64,000 bases of DNA from Ptychomitrium polyphyllum. Its lineage: Eukaryota. The translations under genes were made by a program, and so were the position numbers. The number at the start of each line of letters is the position of its first letter. Positions within the stretch are counted from its first letter, which is position 1. Positions 38,301 to 51,455 of the stretch are shown piece after piece. The stretch is from the NCBI GenBank assembly GCA_973851085.1, contig OZ316775.1:14074001-14138000 (forward strand), in the 5' to 3' direction. The notes under the pieces were generated by a model that did not search any database, was not told where the DNA came from, and saw only the letters and a list, made by a program, of their open reading frames with translations.

Positions 38301-40571
38301 TCATGATCGAATATCATCCAAAGCCGTTGGTTGACCACCACTCCGAGTCCTCGTCCTGGCCAGTGCCCAACTCCCCTCCTGCCACTGCAATGGCTGCTGC
38401 TGCTCCAACTTCCAAGCGTGTAACTTCCTGCAATTCTGATTGAGACAAATACGAAATTTCAACAGTAAACTTTTTAACTCACTCCTGTAATTTCGCAACG
38501 GTTGGGCTGCTGTTGACTCATGGGGCCTTCTAGCTACCAAGCTAACAACAAGGTTAACACTTCGTGCAGAAGGCAACCTCCAAGTGCAGTGAAGTTGCAG
38601 CTGAGGGACTAGATTCCTAGAAAGTCAGAGACTTGAACTGCACGACACGGCGCTAGCTCCATTCGAGCAGCCCTCCATCCAAGTTGCTCAAGAGCATCCA
38701 AATTTCCTTAATGCTCAGACCATGTGCGTGAAGTTTCGTGACTCTGAACGTGGAATCATTTTCCGGAGTACTCTGAAACTGCTAGGTATAAATTATTCTA
38801 GAATTCTCTCTGCCATAAAGGAAGTCTGCAACTTGTATGGGGTCTTGTTTCAAGTAGGACAATGATAATAGAAATCTAGTAAAGTACTGGGTCGGTACAA
38901 GGAGCTGCCTTCACAGCCTCTACCTTTCAAGCTTCGAAGCTACACATTAGGCCAGCAGCCACTGTGATAGAGAGTGTTGCAAGCTTAGACCACCCAGCGA
39001 AGTGAGCGCGAAGCGAGGGCGACGTTCATGAACCAATTCTAGGGCTCATCCGTCCTTGGCTCCTTGCGAATTTCCGAGAAGTATAGGTGAGTGAATCAGA
39101 ATGTTGGTGCAAGTCAGTAAGATCGTGTCATGACTTGAATCCGGTCAATAATTCTAATCGTTGCATCGGAAGTGAGCATGTCGCACAAGTGTCGTCGTCT
39201 CCAGCCTCGACATATCTGAGGCATGGCAGGAGCTTCCTGGAATAGTAGCGAATCGAAAATAAGTGCAAAGTTGCAACCTCCTAGAGTCTCGGGTGCCGCG
39301 CCGATGCAGATCCTAATCAAAATTGATACAATCGCGCAGTTCCTGGATCAGTGTTGGTTGGCCTAGTTGCAAACCCGTGCGGATCGATCGAGTCGTCGTG
39401 CACTGTATCAGTCGTCCGCAGTCCTCCTCGCTTTAATCCAAATGAGCTCACTCACATGTCTGAGCCGAAAATCAGAGTGTCAGGATATCTCTAGTTCGGA
39501 GCTTGCTTCGGGCTTGGGCACATGATCGTGATCTCGGTAATCTCCTAATAGCTTATTGGTATACGCACATAACGCTAGTGTCAGTGCATGCATTTGCCGG
39601 CTGAGTTTAGCTTTTCCAGTATTTTCGGGAGAGAATACCGACCCGAGGTTGCCATGTGCGAGCACCGAAAACGCCGCCGACAACGCGGTCTGTGCAGAAC
39701 CAATTTGAATTCCTGCTTTTCATTCTCCAAAAACAACTCCACCCTCGCTGTTGTAGTACCAGCACTATTACGATCGAATCCTGAGTAGTCTATTGTCGAC
39801 GCTTCATCTCCTTTCTGTTTGTCTGCGCTGAATCTTGATGCTCGCTTTGCTATCTTGGCACCCTCCAGTTCGCCGTCACGGCAATGGAACTGCTTTTTTT
39901 GGGCCCGAATTTTTGCCCGCTTGGTTCATGAACTTCCTCCGACCTGCTACCTCGCAATGAATGTGGATTATTTTGGCAAGCGGCACACATTCTCTCGCCA
40001 AGCCGATGTACAGTGTTATTTATGCACACCTTCCCAATCTCGAAGGGCAGAAACTCAATCGGGAGATTGACCTTCCGCTCTTAACGAGTGCGATTGACTC
40101 GATGGTCTTCGCAGCTTTTGAGGTCGCCAGCTTCGAAAAGATTTTCATTTTCGAATAGGTTGTGGGCTAACTTTGGTTCTTCATCTTCTGATGTTTGCAG
40201 CACCTGAGCTAGTACCAGTCACGACCAGTTGAGTTATTATTCGCACGAGCGCCGTCTGCACATGATCTTCACCAAACCGGCACTGCAGTCCATTAAATTT
40301 TCTTGGCCATGTTTATAAAATTAGAGCGGAAAAAACTTTTCTCATCTTGGATCAGTATCCGTGTTGAAGTTGTTTGAGAGGCATAAATATTCCTTAGGTT
40401 GTCCTGCTGGAACGACGAGGGGCATATTTTCTGGGAAAATAGGAGTTGAGCGAACGACTTGTTCTTCAAGCTAGTCAATCGATTTTAGGGGACCAAGAAC
40501 AAAAGGAAATTAGGTAGTAGTAGCTTGCAGACGATTTTTTTTTTTTTAGTGTAGTTTGTAGAAGGTCGGAC

Positions 40572-41214
40572 ATGACGGGGTCGGGCATGTCTCCATGTGC
40601 GGCGTGCAAGTTACTGCGACGCAGATGCACGCGAGATTGCGTGTTCGCGCCCTACTTCCCGCCAGATGAGCCCCAGAAGTTCGCCAACGTGCACAAGGTG
40701 TTCGGCGCCGCCAATGTCAATAAAATGCTCCAGGTATGCATGCATGGCCCACTCAAAATCCATTCTTCAATCTTGCATCCGTGTTCACATCCTCAAGAGC
40801 TCGCCATGACGAATGCATCCCATGTTTTCTATTCAGGAGCTACCAATGGAGGCGCGAGGCGACGCCGTGAGCTCCATGGTGTACGAGGCAGACGCCCGCG
40901 TACGCGACCCTGTGTACGGATGCGTGGGCGCCATCTCGTCGTTACAGCAGCAAGTGGCACACTTGCAGACGCAGCTGGCAGTGGCGAACGCCGAAATCGT
41001 GTGCATGCAGATCAACAACGACTCGAACTCCGATTGCAGCCACGGGTACCAGAACGACGTTCATCATGGATACCAGAACCAACACCATAACCACATGTCG
41101 CCGCCGGTTCAGCCACCATCACCTGAGCTTCACAGCAATCACTACCGACCTAACCACTACAATCACCGCTCAGAATACAACTCGGAGTTCGGCGACCAGC
41201 TTATGTGGACATGA
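40572..41214 (+). CDS. LBD: Class I LOB-domain transcription factor (exons 40572-40733, 40837-41214)
   Basis: SPCAACKLLRRRCTRDC (CX2CX6CX3C); GAS block FANVHKVFG...DAVSSMVYEADARVRDPVYG; Leu zipper LQQQVAHLQTQL; GT-AG intron at MLQ|ELP. Confidence 0.95.
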
Positions 41215-43305
41215 CCCTGGCCATGGATTCTGGACCTTTCTCCGCTGATGTATTTTTGTAGCATTTCATGATCGATGGTCTTGTGTAATAGTTCGATTCC
41301 CCTTCAGCCCGGATTGCGCAGAGATCGGCATGTAGAGATCAATCAACTCTTTGCAGTCCAGTGGCGGTGAAGCCATTTCATTCAATCTGTCTTTTCTTTT
41401 CCATTTTGTAAATGCAATATTTTTGTGTACGATAGATCAGCTCCCTGCCAAGATTATCAAATTTTCCATGTCTCCGGAGGCCAATCACTCGCTGGCTTGT
41501 AGCATGAGGCCTTCTAGAGAGACGTAATTGAATGCAGGGCGGTAACGTTGCCCACTTTTGTTGAAGTTTGGCAGGTGTAGCTTTGATCTGCGAAAGTGAC
41601 CATTATGAACAGTAGTACTGTACTACGCAGTCGCCTGTATGAGGCCGACTATACAGGAAGTGTGTACCTGTTTTTGTGTCAGAATATTAATTGGAAAACA
41701 AAAAAGACCAGAACTTAATGGTATATATCCTTGAGTCTTTATTGTTTGAATTCAATGGGTGTTCACTGTTGGTGTTGCAAAACGGGTTTAGTGGCACAAG
41801 TTATGAGGTAGTGAGAAGATCCTGAAGATATATCACGTTTACGTAATAAGGGCACTCGGTTGAATCTTTGGTGGAAACGGCCCAGGCTCAGCGGCTTTGA
41901 ACATGTTCTTGAGGTCCATCTCTGACGCACACACCAAAATGACATAGCTTGCAAGCGTGCTTTGGAGTCTGAGGAGTGTCATCAAATTTTGGAGCTGACT
42001 TATCAAATCCTTCAGGTTGAGACTTTCTTGACTCAAACTTAATTCATCACCACGTTTTGAAGAGATGTCATTTTGTCGTCCAATGTCCAAATCAAGATTT
42101 TCCATTGTGCTTCTGATAGTGGTATTTTTCAGTACGAAGTCCATAAGGATAATTTTTGTTTTTTTCCTTTTGGTGTGTGCGGTAGAGATGCTGTAGTCTC
42201 AATAAACTATAGTAACATTATGCAAAACTGACACCACGTAGCACTACGTGTATAATCTATTTTGCTGATACTTGCATGATGTTAGAGAAAACATTCCCGC
42301 AGGACATGTCCAAAGGACCGAATCGTTCCTGACAAAGAGCTATTTTAAAATGCCATTAGCAGCAAAAGTGTAACGTAAAGAATAATTTTCTTAACAAACT
42401 AATATCTAGTCAAGCGTGAACTTCAATAGAGCCGAAATGTAAACGCTGTGAGTTACTGGAGCATTCGATATCGCCAAGCTGCACAATTAAAGACAACACA
42501 GTAGCCCTGAAATAGTATAAAAGTCTGCTGACAATCCTTCGAGAAGCCCTAAAATGCAACAACGTACATGAAGATTACAGGTACAATTTCGTAGCTTCAT
42601 AGGTTTCATAACAGATTTTCAAATACACAAGCTCGGTGGGACACCTCCCTTATCAACGGGGATTTCTAAAGTCCCGCTTGGGTCCTGCAGCACATCATAC
42701 AGGATATCTTGATCATCAGCACTAATAATCCAAACTGAATGCAGATGGGATTACACAAATACTTTCCCTGTAATGTGTAAAAACGTAAGCTTTTAATAGC
42801 AGTCTACATCCCTGATACGTAGCTGGCTCATTGATTAGAAAGAGAAACAACCTTCTCCAATCCGAACATAGTCCGCAGATAGCAGGAGCGACTTCCAGTG
42901 TGAGGGCATATATTCATGGAGCTGCGGCAGGACTCACACTGTCGAAGGCTAAAATATGGCCGTTTCTATCAAGCCTCTTCTCTACGATCTGCAGATTCTT
43001 AAAAAAACTAACCGATATCTTCCGGATAGTCAGATGCTTCATGGCAATGCGCTCTAACATAATCTCATCACGTGGCCACTCTGTTGACCTGATGAATTGC
43101 ACCTTAAGGACTATAATACCCACTTGGAGCACCTCCAAGTCCACTTTGATGGATAGGAAACATCTAACCTCTTAACTCCAATGCAGCATTCATCAGAAAA
43201 CAGTTAAACCCTGGTGACATCGTTACGTTACAGACCACTTGGTAAGCTCTCGACAGTTGCAGCTTCTCAAGTGAGGACTAACGAATCACAACTTCTAAAA
43301 GAATC

Positions 43306-46300
43306 TCAGAAGTCGTATTTTGAGGGAGCATTAGCTGGTTGACCACATAAAAGGCTAGCTGCACTTCCACTTCCAGAATCCCCGGACGTTGCATCCACCG
43401 GGGCAAATTGAAGACGCTCTAATGTTAACTTCTTCCTTCGGACAACCTTCATTGTATGGACGTTGGCATCAGGAACACTAGGAACCTGCATGAGAATAAA
43501 AATTCGGCATCAATAAAATGTGCAAAAACTTACATATGAAATTATCAAGTAAAGATTGCATCCAGTCTTCATACAGAAAGTAACAACAAACATTCCCAAC
43601 CAAATCGTCAGGTCTTCGACAATCGCTATTAGTATCAAGATGCAAAATGAGTACGAACCTAGCTACAATGTTTTACATTCAGAAACAGATGAAGAGAAAT
43701 ACTTGAGTGTTTATAGAGGCTAGCTTGTGCACACGGAGAAAGCCCACTATTTCTTGGTAATCTGTGAGCATTCCAGCCATCTCCTTGTCCTCGTCTGCAT
43801 CAAGCACTAGTACAGATGAAAAGAAGCTAAACCTCTCAAACACTAACCACGTATGCAGAAGATAGCGTACCTAAAAATCTCAATCCTATTAACAATGAAA
43901 TTCGTTTTTTGGACAGAAGCATGGACAAGTTACTCACCAAGAACAGCTTCCACAGAAAGTAGAATATCTGCAAAATGCTGCCATCGAATAGCCATGGTAG
44001 GTCTCAACAAAGATGCAGGAAACGTAATAACTGCCACTGAGTTTGAAGCCCGAACAATTCCTTTCACAGCTTGCAAGAAAGCTAGCAGCTCCCAATCCTG
44101 TGTTAGATAACATGATGCAACAACAGTAAATCAGATTACTGGATCATCAAAAGAGATCGGACGATTAAGTTAAAGATGAAGCATATACATAATGAGATAT
44201 GGAGCCACCAAAGTTTGCGCTGGAGATAGAACAAAGATTGCAGACCGTGCAGGTTTGCATACACTGTGGAGCACACAAAGATTGCAAAGCCAAGCGCCCC
44301 ACTGTCTGCGTCTCTCCAGCTGGCCTGTTCGGTACAGAACACGTTAAGCAATGTCTGAGTCATTGGTCTCAATATTTGCTGGTATCCGCAAATGGAGCTA
44401 CATTGCAAACCAACTTGCAATAAAATCCTTTTCACATCCTTTGAATGAGCTAATCAGTAAAGAAAGATTTTCTGTTCACAAGAAACTAAACCTGGCCAAT
44501 TTCGAAACGAACTCCTTGCATTGGTCAAAAAGGGCCTCAAGATGTGCCCCAGAAGCTAACGATTCGCAATTAACTCCAATCAAGAAAGACCTCTCTAGAG
44601 GTTTCCGCATATCAAAATCGTTGCAAAACTCATAAGATCTCCCTGCACAAAGAGCAGAAAATTATGTATATGTTATTCTAATCTTCAACCTCCGTTAAGA
44701 ATGGAAAACCAGCCTAATCAAAGAAGATTAATGTATAGTCCACAAAATATTTTTGTAGACTATAGTAGTATAAATAACTGAGATTGACAGAATCGGCACA
44801 ACACTCATTCCTGGAGCAGAAGTAAGACAATCTAGCAATGGAGAATGGTTCCACTGCAAAACCATAGTGTTCAGCTTAACAGAATCCTCACAATGAAGTA
44901 CAAAATTCACAATGGAACAGACAAAGAACAAGTTTTGAACCATTCATTGTATTGATGAGCGTACCTGCAGTGGCGTGATTGAAAGACGAAGATGAAGGGG
45001 CCCAAGAGGAAGCAGTAAGTTCTTGTTGCCGTAACCGCCGCTCTTCCAATGCCTTTTGTTCACTCAAATAGCGTCTATACTGCCATGCAATTCGCAACTC
45101 ATCCTGCAAGAATATTCTCTATAAATACCTTGATGGACATGATAAGCGCAAAGATAAATTGGGCATATACTTTTCAAACCAATCAACTACATTTGCCTCC
45201 AATCCCACCATTTGAACTACCACAAACCCCTCATTCTAACTTTACATCGTTGCTTCTGTATTTTGATAAACCATGTCGTAGATTGCAAAGGAACTATCCA
45301 GCCAAATAGCAGCATGTCTAATGTTAAAGAGACGGGCATCAGCGGACCACATTGCTTATGAACGCAAAATTTAATTTAAGTATGCAGCTCATGTGGACAT
45401 TGTGGAGGAAGTATAAATGCACATGCCTTTTCGTGAATAGGGCTTTAGAGTATAAGGTATGGGTTTCTGCCACAAAAGAGGAAGTAGAGAAGAACATGCA
45501 ACGATCCTGCTCTAAATTCGATCTGAAGTACTCTACATGTTCTTGCAACGTCCATTTGAAGAGGAATCAACAAAGAGAATGATACCTGTCCGCTGCTGTC
45601 CTTCAGTCCCATCGACTGGCTCTTGCTTTCTCTTATACTAGCTATGGCTGGCAAAGTCCCAAGAAAAGCTTGAGGAGATGGTAAAGGACTGGCAAAAAAC
45701 AGGGGTTGAGAATGCACAAGACTTTGAGCCATGAAGTAACGTAAGAGCAACATGTGGTGAGGAGCTTCGTTGTCCTCCATTATCATTACCAAACTCCCGA
45801 TTGGAATCCCACCACCAATAATCTGTAAGTACATGTTAAGGGTGTCTCTCATGTAAAATTTAACAAGTACCTTCTACATTATCAGCTGTAAAACAATGGA
45901 AAACTGAGAAATGTACAATAAGGGTGGCATGTTTCAATCACTGAAACCACTTGATAACTGGTTACAAAACTTATGACATAATTTACAACACCCAATGATG
46001 GGGTCAACAATGGATATCTGAGGGCCACTCAATAACTACAACTTGGTTGGCAAACAAACTAGAGTTAGAACAAAATAAAATTCAAACTGGCTTTCAAAAG
46101 ATGGATCCTCCAGCAAAATTTTAGGGTTTAGGGTTTAAGGTTTATAAAAATTGAATGTATACAAGGAGTACGATATGATCGAGGTCATCGAGCCCTGAGG
46201 AGACAAGAGAAACGCCATGAGAACCAGGTCTGACGCCCTTCGCTGGTATATAACCCCCTCCTCCAGAGACTCCACTTCCGGCTGCCCCCTTTCTAACGAA

Positions 46301-46342
46301 ACTCCTTCCCGGTTTCATCTCCATCGCCTCACGCAATTTCAT
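43306..46342 (-). CDS. ELP4: Elongator complex subunit 4 (PAXNEB), 8 coding exons; start at 46342 or a nearby in-frame ATG
   Basis: GVRPG...[27 protein letters not shown]...[63 protein letters not shown]...[27 protein letters not shown]...INTQ|VP...[10 protein letters not shown]...KYDF*. Confidence 0.93.
45825..46176 (-). other. Putative U12-type AT-AC intron (first coding intron of ELP4)
   Basis: 5' end ATATCGT; branch site CCCTTAAC (45842-45835) ending 10 nt before the TTAC| junction; removal restores DLDQIIGGG. Confidence 0.75.
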
Positions 46343-47779
46343 CGTACCATCTAATCAAAACTGCAGCATACAAGATCAAAATCGGAACCACTAACCTCCG
46401 TTTAATTCAACTCAGATATAGAAGGGTTCAAATCAATTTCTCAATATACGTATCACTTCCTTTCGGTCTCGATTGACGGCATCCTACTCTTTAGTCTGCC
46501 CAGCGATTGAACGATCAGTTTTCAATTCTAGTTCTCTTTAATTCTGATGGGTTCCGTCAGAAATTATACTGGTATATCGACTTCCGATTCCCTCTGCAGC
46601 CCTCGCAAACTTTGTAGAGCTGAAAATTAAGAGTTTCATTTTGCCAGAGTGAAGATTCTAAAGCCTTGAATTCATAACACGATCTGTGAACCCTGTCCCT
46701 CCCATTGATATGATCGTGTATCATTTTCTTACACAGCGCATGAAAAAGGACTGACCTCACCAATTCCTGCACTGTAGCAAGGTTCAAGCCTCTCCAAGTA
46801 CAAGTCAGAATCTCGTAACATAAACTAAAAACCAACACCGCAATCTATACCAAAACTCAGCACATAATCTGAAAACCTAACCCTCACTACCGCAACGTAG
46901 GCGTCCTCCACACCAAAGCTCTGACACAATTCACTCCTCGGACCGCCCTTTGCAACAATCACAGCAAAATCTTCAAAGAGAAGAGCCGTCAGTAAAGAAG
47001 GACAGGCACAAGCAACGACAGAGTGATGGCGTGCTGGTAATTACCTCGTGCAGGCGACTCTTGTGGGAGAGTGCAAACCCTGGCGATGGAGCAACCATGC
47101 CTCCCTCAAAGCTCTCCGTGGCCTTGCAAACAATGCAACCAAACCATCACCACAACGAGCCCAGCGGCGTTTCCTTGCAAGCAATTCCCCGCCTATATCC
47201 GTTCTATACATGGTCTATACCCTCATGTCCCCGCAATGATACCCTGATAAGGACCATCTGATGCTTGTTTAATACCTATTCTGTAATGCCATCGTGTGAT
47301 CGGCATGCTACTCATGTGATACTCTGGTTATATATATGTTGGTACTACTGTGCTTCCTGAGTGATACATAGGCGGTTATCGCGAGAGCTGGACTAGAGTT
47401 CGCCTTCTCTCATTTTGGCACTTGTCAAAAGATTATACATTTCAGGGCTGAGGACCCATTTTACCATGCACGCTGTATATTTTAACCACTGCCCAAAATG
47501 ACCAGGTGTTATATAAGAATAAACAGGGTAGCGGCATGGTATCGTAGGGTCATCCCCGAGTGCCAGCAGGGTATCACCTAGGTAGTATCAGGTGCGAGCG
47601 GTGTTGGTTGAATCTTCTACTGTATTCTAGGAATATCTGCTTGCCTTTAGGTGCCTATTTTTTTAAGTTGTGGTGGCAAAAATCTATAGGTGTGGTTGAA
47701 GAAATTCATAGGTGTGGTGGCAAAAATCTATGCGAGATGGAGTTTAAGGTAAGTACTTCAAAGATAAGCATAAGTCCTA

Positions 47780-50560
47780 TAGTATAAATCTAATCTTCTA
47801 TAATGTAATAGTTATGGCCTCTTTCTTTCATTTATAGGCCAACAATGGTAACTTGCCTTAAAGTATTCACGGTCAACATCAACTTTGGATTGATGCGGTA
47901 ACATTGGATTACTTTACCAATTTGCATTTTTTTCCTTTATTGATTGTAATTTTAAAAAGACACTACTTATATTACTTACTTCAAAACAATCTTCAATTTT
48001 ATAAAATCTTTTCCATATACTACTTTCTTAGATCAAAGATGTAACTTGTCATTAAATTAATTTTTTCTATTAAATTTTGTTAGGATAGTCATTTCTTGTA
48101 AAACTATTTATTATGTGCAATATTTAACTAATAAATTATAATATTCTTTTAATATTTTAATAATTTCTTATGTAATCCTATTAAATATTTTGAATTTGAA
48201 TATATTACTTATGATTTTTAACAATAATACAATTTTAAATTGAAAATCATTTCGGAATTTGCAAAATTCATTCAATTCATTTTTTTAAAATCTCTTTTCT
48301 GTAATCTTTTCTTTTTCACAATATTAACAATCCATTGTAAATTGAGTTTTTTTGTTATTTCCAAAATAATACTATTTTCTTAAGAATATATAATGTATTG
48401 AAGTTTAAAAGATGGTGTCATTAAATCATTACATTTTAGAATAAAATATGCCAAATAATTAATGTATTGATGTAATCTTTTTAATTAATGTAATAATGCA
48501 ACAAAAGTTAATTATGCAAGTATAATAATTATTTGTTCAAGAAAAAATTCAAATATGTAAATCATGGTATATAGAGTTGTTTTCTTCAAAAACAAAAAAA
48601 AATTAAAAACTAAATTTTTGAAGACTTTTGAACGATTGAATTTAAAAAAAACACTCATTTGATAGAATTTATGTTTTCAAATTTTGGAAAAATTTGTAAA
48701 TCAGTCATTGATAGCAAAAATTATAATCAATTTCGAAAAAAGCTTATTAAACCATTTTCTTATTTTTTAAAGATAATAAAACATTCAAATATGTTATACT
48801 ACTAATATAAATAAAAAATTTAAATTTATATATGATTAAATTAAGATTTCTTTTAAATCAAGATTTACTTAGAATAAGTTTTTAATGAATTAGATTTTAA
48901 AAATTTTGACTTTTGTAGAGGTTCAAATTATATGTAAATTTTTTATTAGAAACGTAATTATTTGATATTAATTTTGTTTAAAACATATAACATATGATTT
49001 CTACATTATATTTGTTTATATTCATTTTCTCCACAAATACCATCCATTTCAAGAATTGCATAAGTTATTACATTACCCAGTAAACAAAAAATATGTTATA
49101 TTTTATTTTGCTAAATATTAAGTTTTGATATACTCAATTGGCACAAAATTAATCTAATCCTAAATATTATAATGTTACCATAACATGATGCGTTAATAAA
49201 TGTGTGCATTAATTTTTTAGAGAGTCAATCCAAATTATTTTATGTGTATATTAGTTTTGTAAGAATATAAATTAATAATAAGTGTTAAAATATTAAAAAA
49301 AATTAAAGTTTAAATCTTGAAAGTATAAAAGATTTTAATGCAACAATTCTTATATACATTAATTAGAATTTTTGTTGTCATCTATGCAATTTGTAAAGTT
49401 TTTCAATAAAGGTTGCATTTAAGTAAGTTTCACCTTTGAAATTATCTATTTTTTTATATTTTGATGATGAATTTTCTACAAAGATTTAATACAACAAAAA
49501 AATTGTAAATTTTTATATACCTTCTATAATCAAATTTTGCTCCATATATAAATTCATCTTATTAAAGGAATATTACTATATAAGTTAAATTTTATAAAAA
49601 CTTATAAAGTGCATCAATACCAAATTGACATATACATTGTAGATTTAAAAAAACTATAATATAGTTCATTTTAAAAATAATTGATATCATTTAATCTTAT
49701 AGGTACTTCAAATGGAAATTATACATGATAATAAATTTTAAATTAAAAATATTCTATAGGATCATTATAAATTGTTATAAAATACATCAAAGAAGAATTT
49801 TTAAAAACTTGTTTGAAAATATACAATCTTTGAACATTTGCTTTGTTGAACAAATAAAAACTATTACATTACAAGATTTGATAAATCAATAATACATTTA
49901 TGTTTATATATGGCATTCTCAAAGAATCTTTTAAATCACATCAATACATTAAATTTTTTAATTCTTTACAAAAGTGAGCCTTATATGTAAGGAGTAAATT
50001 CATACAAAAACAAAATAGGGCCACTTATATGTTTAGAAATGATATCAATCAATACTATTGTAAAATATTAGGTGGCTTGTCAAAATAAATCACTAATTTT
50101 AAACTTAAAAACTGCTTAAATTTCATTTTGACAAGGTATACATTAACACACAACTTTAAATTTTCTTACATTCCATTTACAACTTTGTTCTTTTCGAGGG
50201 ACTTTTGTTATAATACCATTTATTGTATTTTGATTGATAATTGGATAATAGGAAATTATTTTTAGACAAAATCAATTTATAAGAAAAGGATCTTTCAAAG
50301 TACAAAGACAATCATGAAATTGATGCAATATGCCTAGGATGTAACCTTTTACCAAATGACAATCCAATACTCATTTAAAAGAATCCTTCAAAGTAACTCA
50401 AGATGTGACTTCAAACAACCAAACCTAAAAATGAAACATCAATATAAATCCAAATTAAAGGATAGGTGTTTCCAATATGTTCAAAACAGGCATAGAATAG
50501 ATACAACAAACTATGATGTGACAGTTAATTATTGCAAGAGAATCCATTACGAATTCTCAA
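47780..50560. other. Extremely AT-rich block, probably decayed transposon; similar blocks at ~32900-34750 and ~35900-36830
   Basis: Strong G/C and CpG depletion with no ORFs; no diagnostic TE motif recognised. Confidence 0.4.
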
Positions 50561-50972
50561 ACCCCCAAACAATCTAGAGCATAAAAAATCTTAAAATCCC
50601 CACAATCTACTGGGATGTGACTTTGTTGTAGCAAAAACAATCCATTACAAAATTCTGAAGATCACCAAATTCTGAAGTACAATCTCAAATCCTCTAACCA
50701 AAATTGGATCCTTCCTCAGTTCCAAGTTGGCTCTTAGTTACACAGGAAGCACTAGGCCACTTCACAAGGGGTAGATCTGAAGCTTCCTCAGCAACATACA
50801 GCACAGTACCAACATAAAAAAACCTGGCTCACAACTCACGCTAACCATGTCAAAAGAAAAGAAAAGAAAGAAGAAACCACCTCAGCACAACTAAATCCTG
50901 ATCAATAAAGGAGTACAGGCCGAAGGCACCAGAAAATAAAGCTGAAAGCGACAGGAAAGTAACACACAGCCA

Positions 50973-51015
50973 AGAGAAGAGAAGAGAAGAGAAGAGAAGA
51001 GAAGAGAAGAGAAGA
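50973..51015 (+). repeat. (AGAAG)n microsatellite
   Basis: About 8 tandem pentamers within a purine-rich tract upstream of the GC-rich leader region. Confidence 0.9.
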
Positions 51016-51379
51016 GGAGAGGCGAGACGAAAAGAAAAGAGAAGCGAACAAACGACAAGCAAATAAAAGAAAAGAGAAGAAAAGAAACAAAAGGGCCAGA
51101 GACGCAACTCTAGACTCGCAAGGGGACCAACAAGAACAAAGGGGGCGGGGCAGGATACCCGTCACCTCACAACCAAGCCCTCCACTCGCACCACGCGGGT
51201 GCAGTCCCACCCGAATTACAGGGCCGACGCGACTGCACTCCCACGCCCAAGCAGCACCCGGAATCATGCCCAGCAATGCCACCCTAGTACTAACGCCATC
51301 TCCACTGCTCACGCTGTTCCTCCGCTCATAGTTCCCCGACAGTTCTCTCTGTCCCCTTTCTCTGCGCTGGCCCGGCTTC

Positions 51380-51455
51380 CGCATTTGCATTCGCAGTCGT
51401 ATTCGCGTTCGCGTCCGCGTTCGCATTCGCATTCGCATTCGCATTCGCATTCCAT
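51380..51455 (+). repeat. (TCGCAT)n degenerate hexamer microsatellite
   Basis: tcgcattcgcattcgcattcgcattcgcat plus degenerate flanking units. Confidence 0.85.

Noticed and set aside
45578..45585. GTATCATT donor of ELP4 intron 2 as a second U12 intron
   Set aside because: No CCTTAAC-type branch site near its acceptor (~45104).
46119..46143. TTTAGGG telomere-like repeats (also ~1751)
   Set aside because: Only 2-3 units; common telo-box motifs near 5' ends, not an interstitial telomere.
47780..50560. AT-rich block as an endogenous giant-virus or organellar insert
   Set aside because: No recognisable viral or organellar motif; decayed TE is the simpler explanation.
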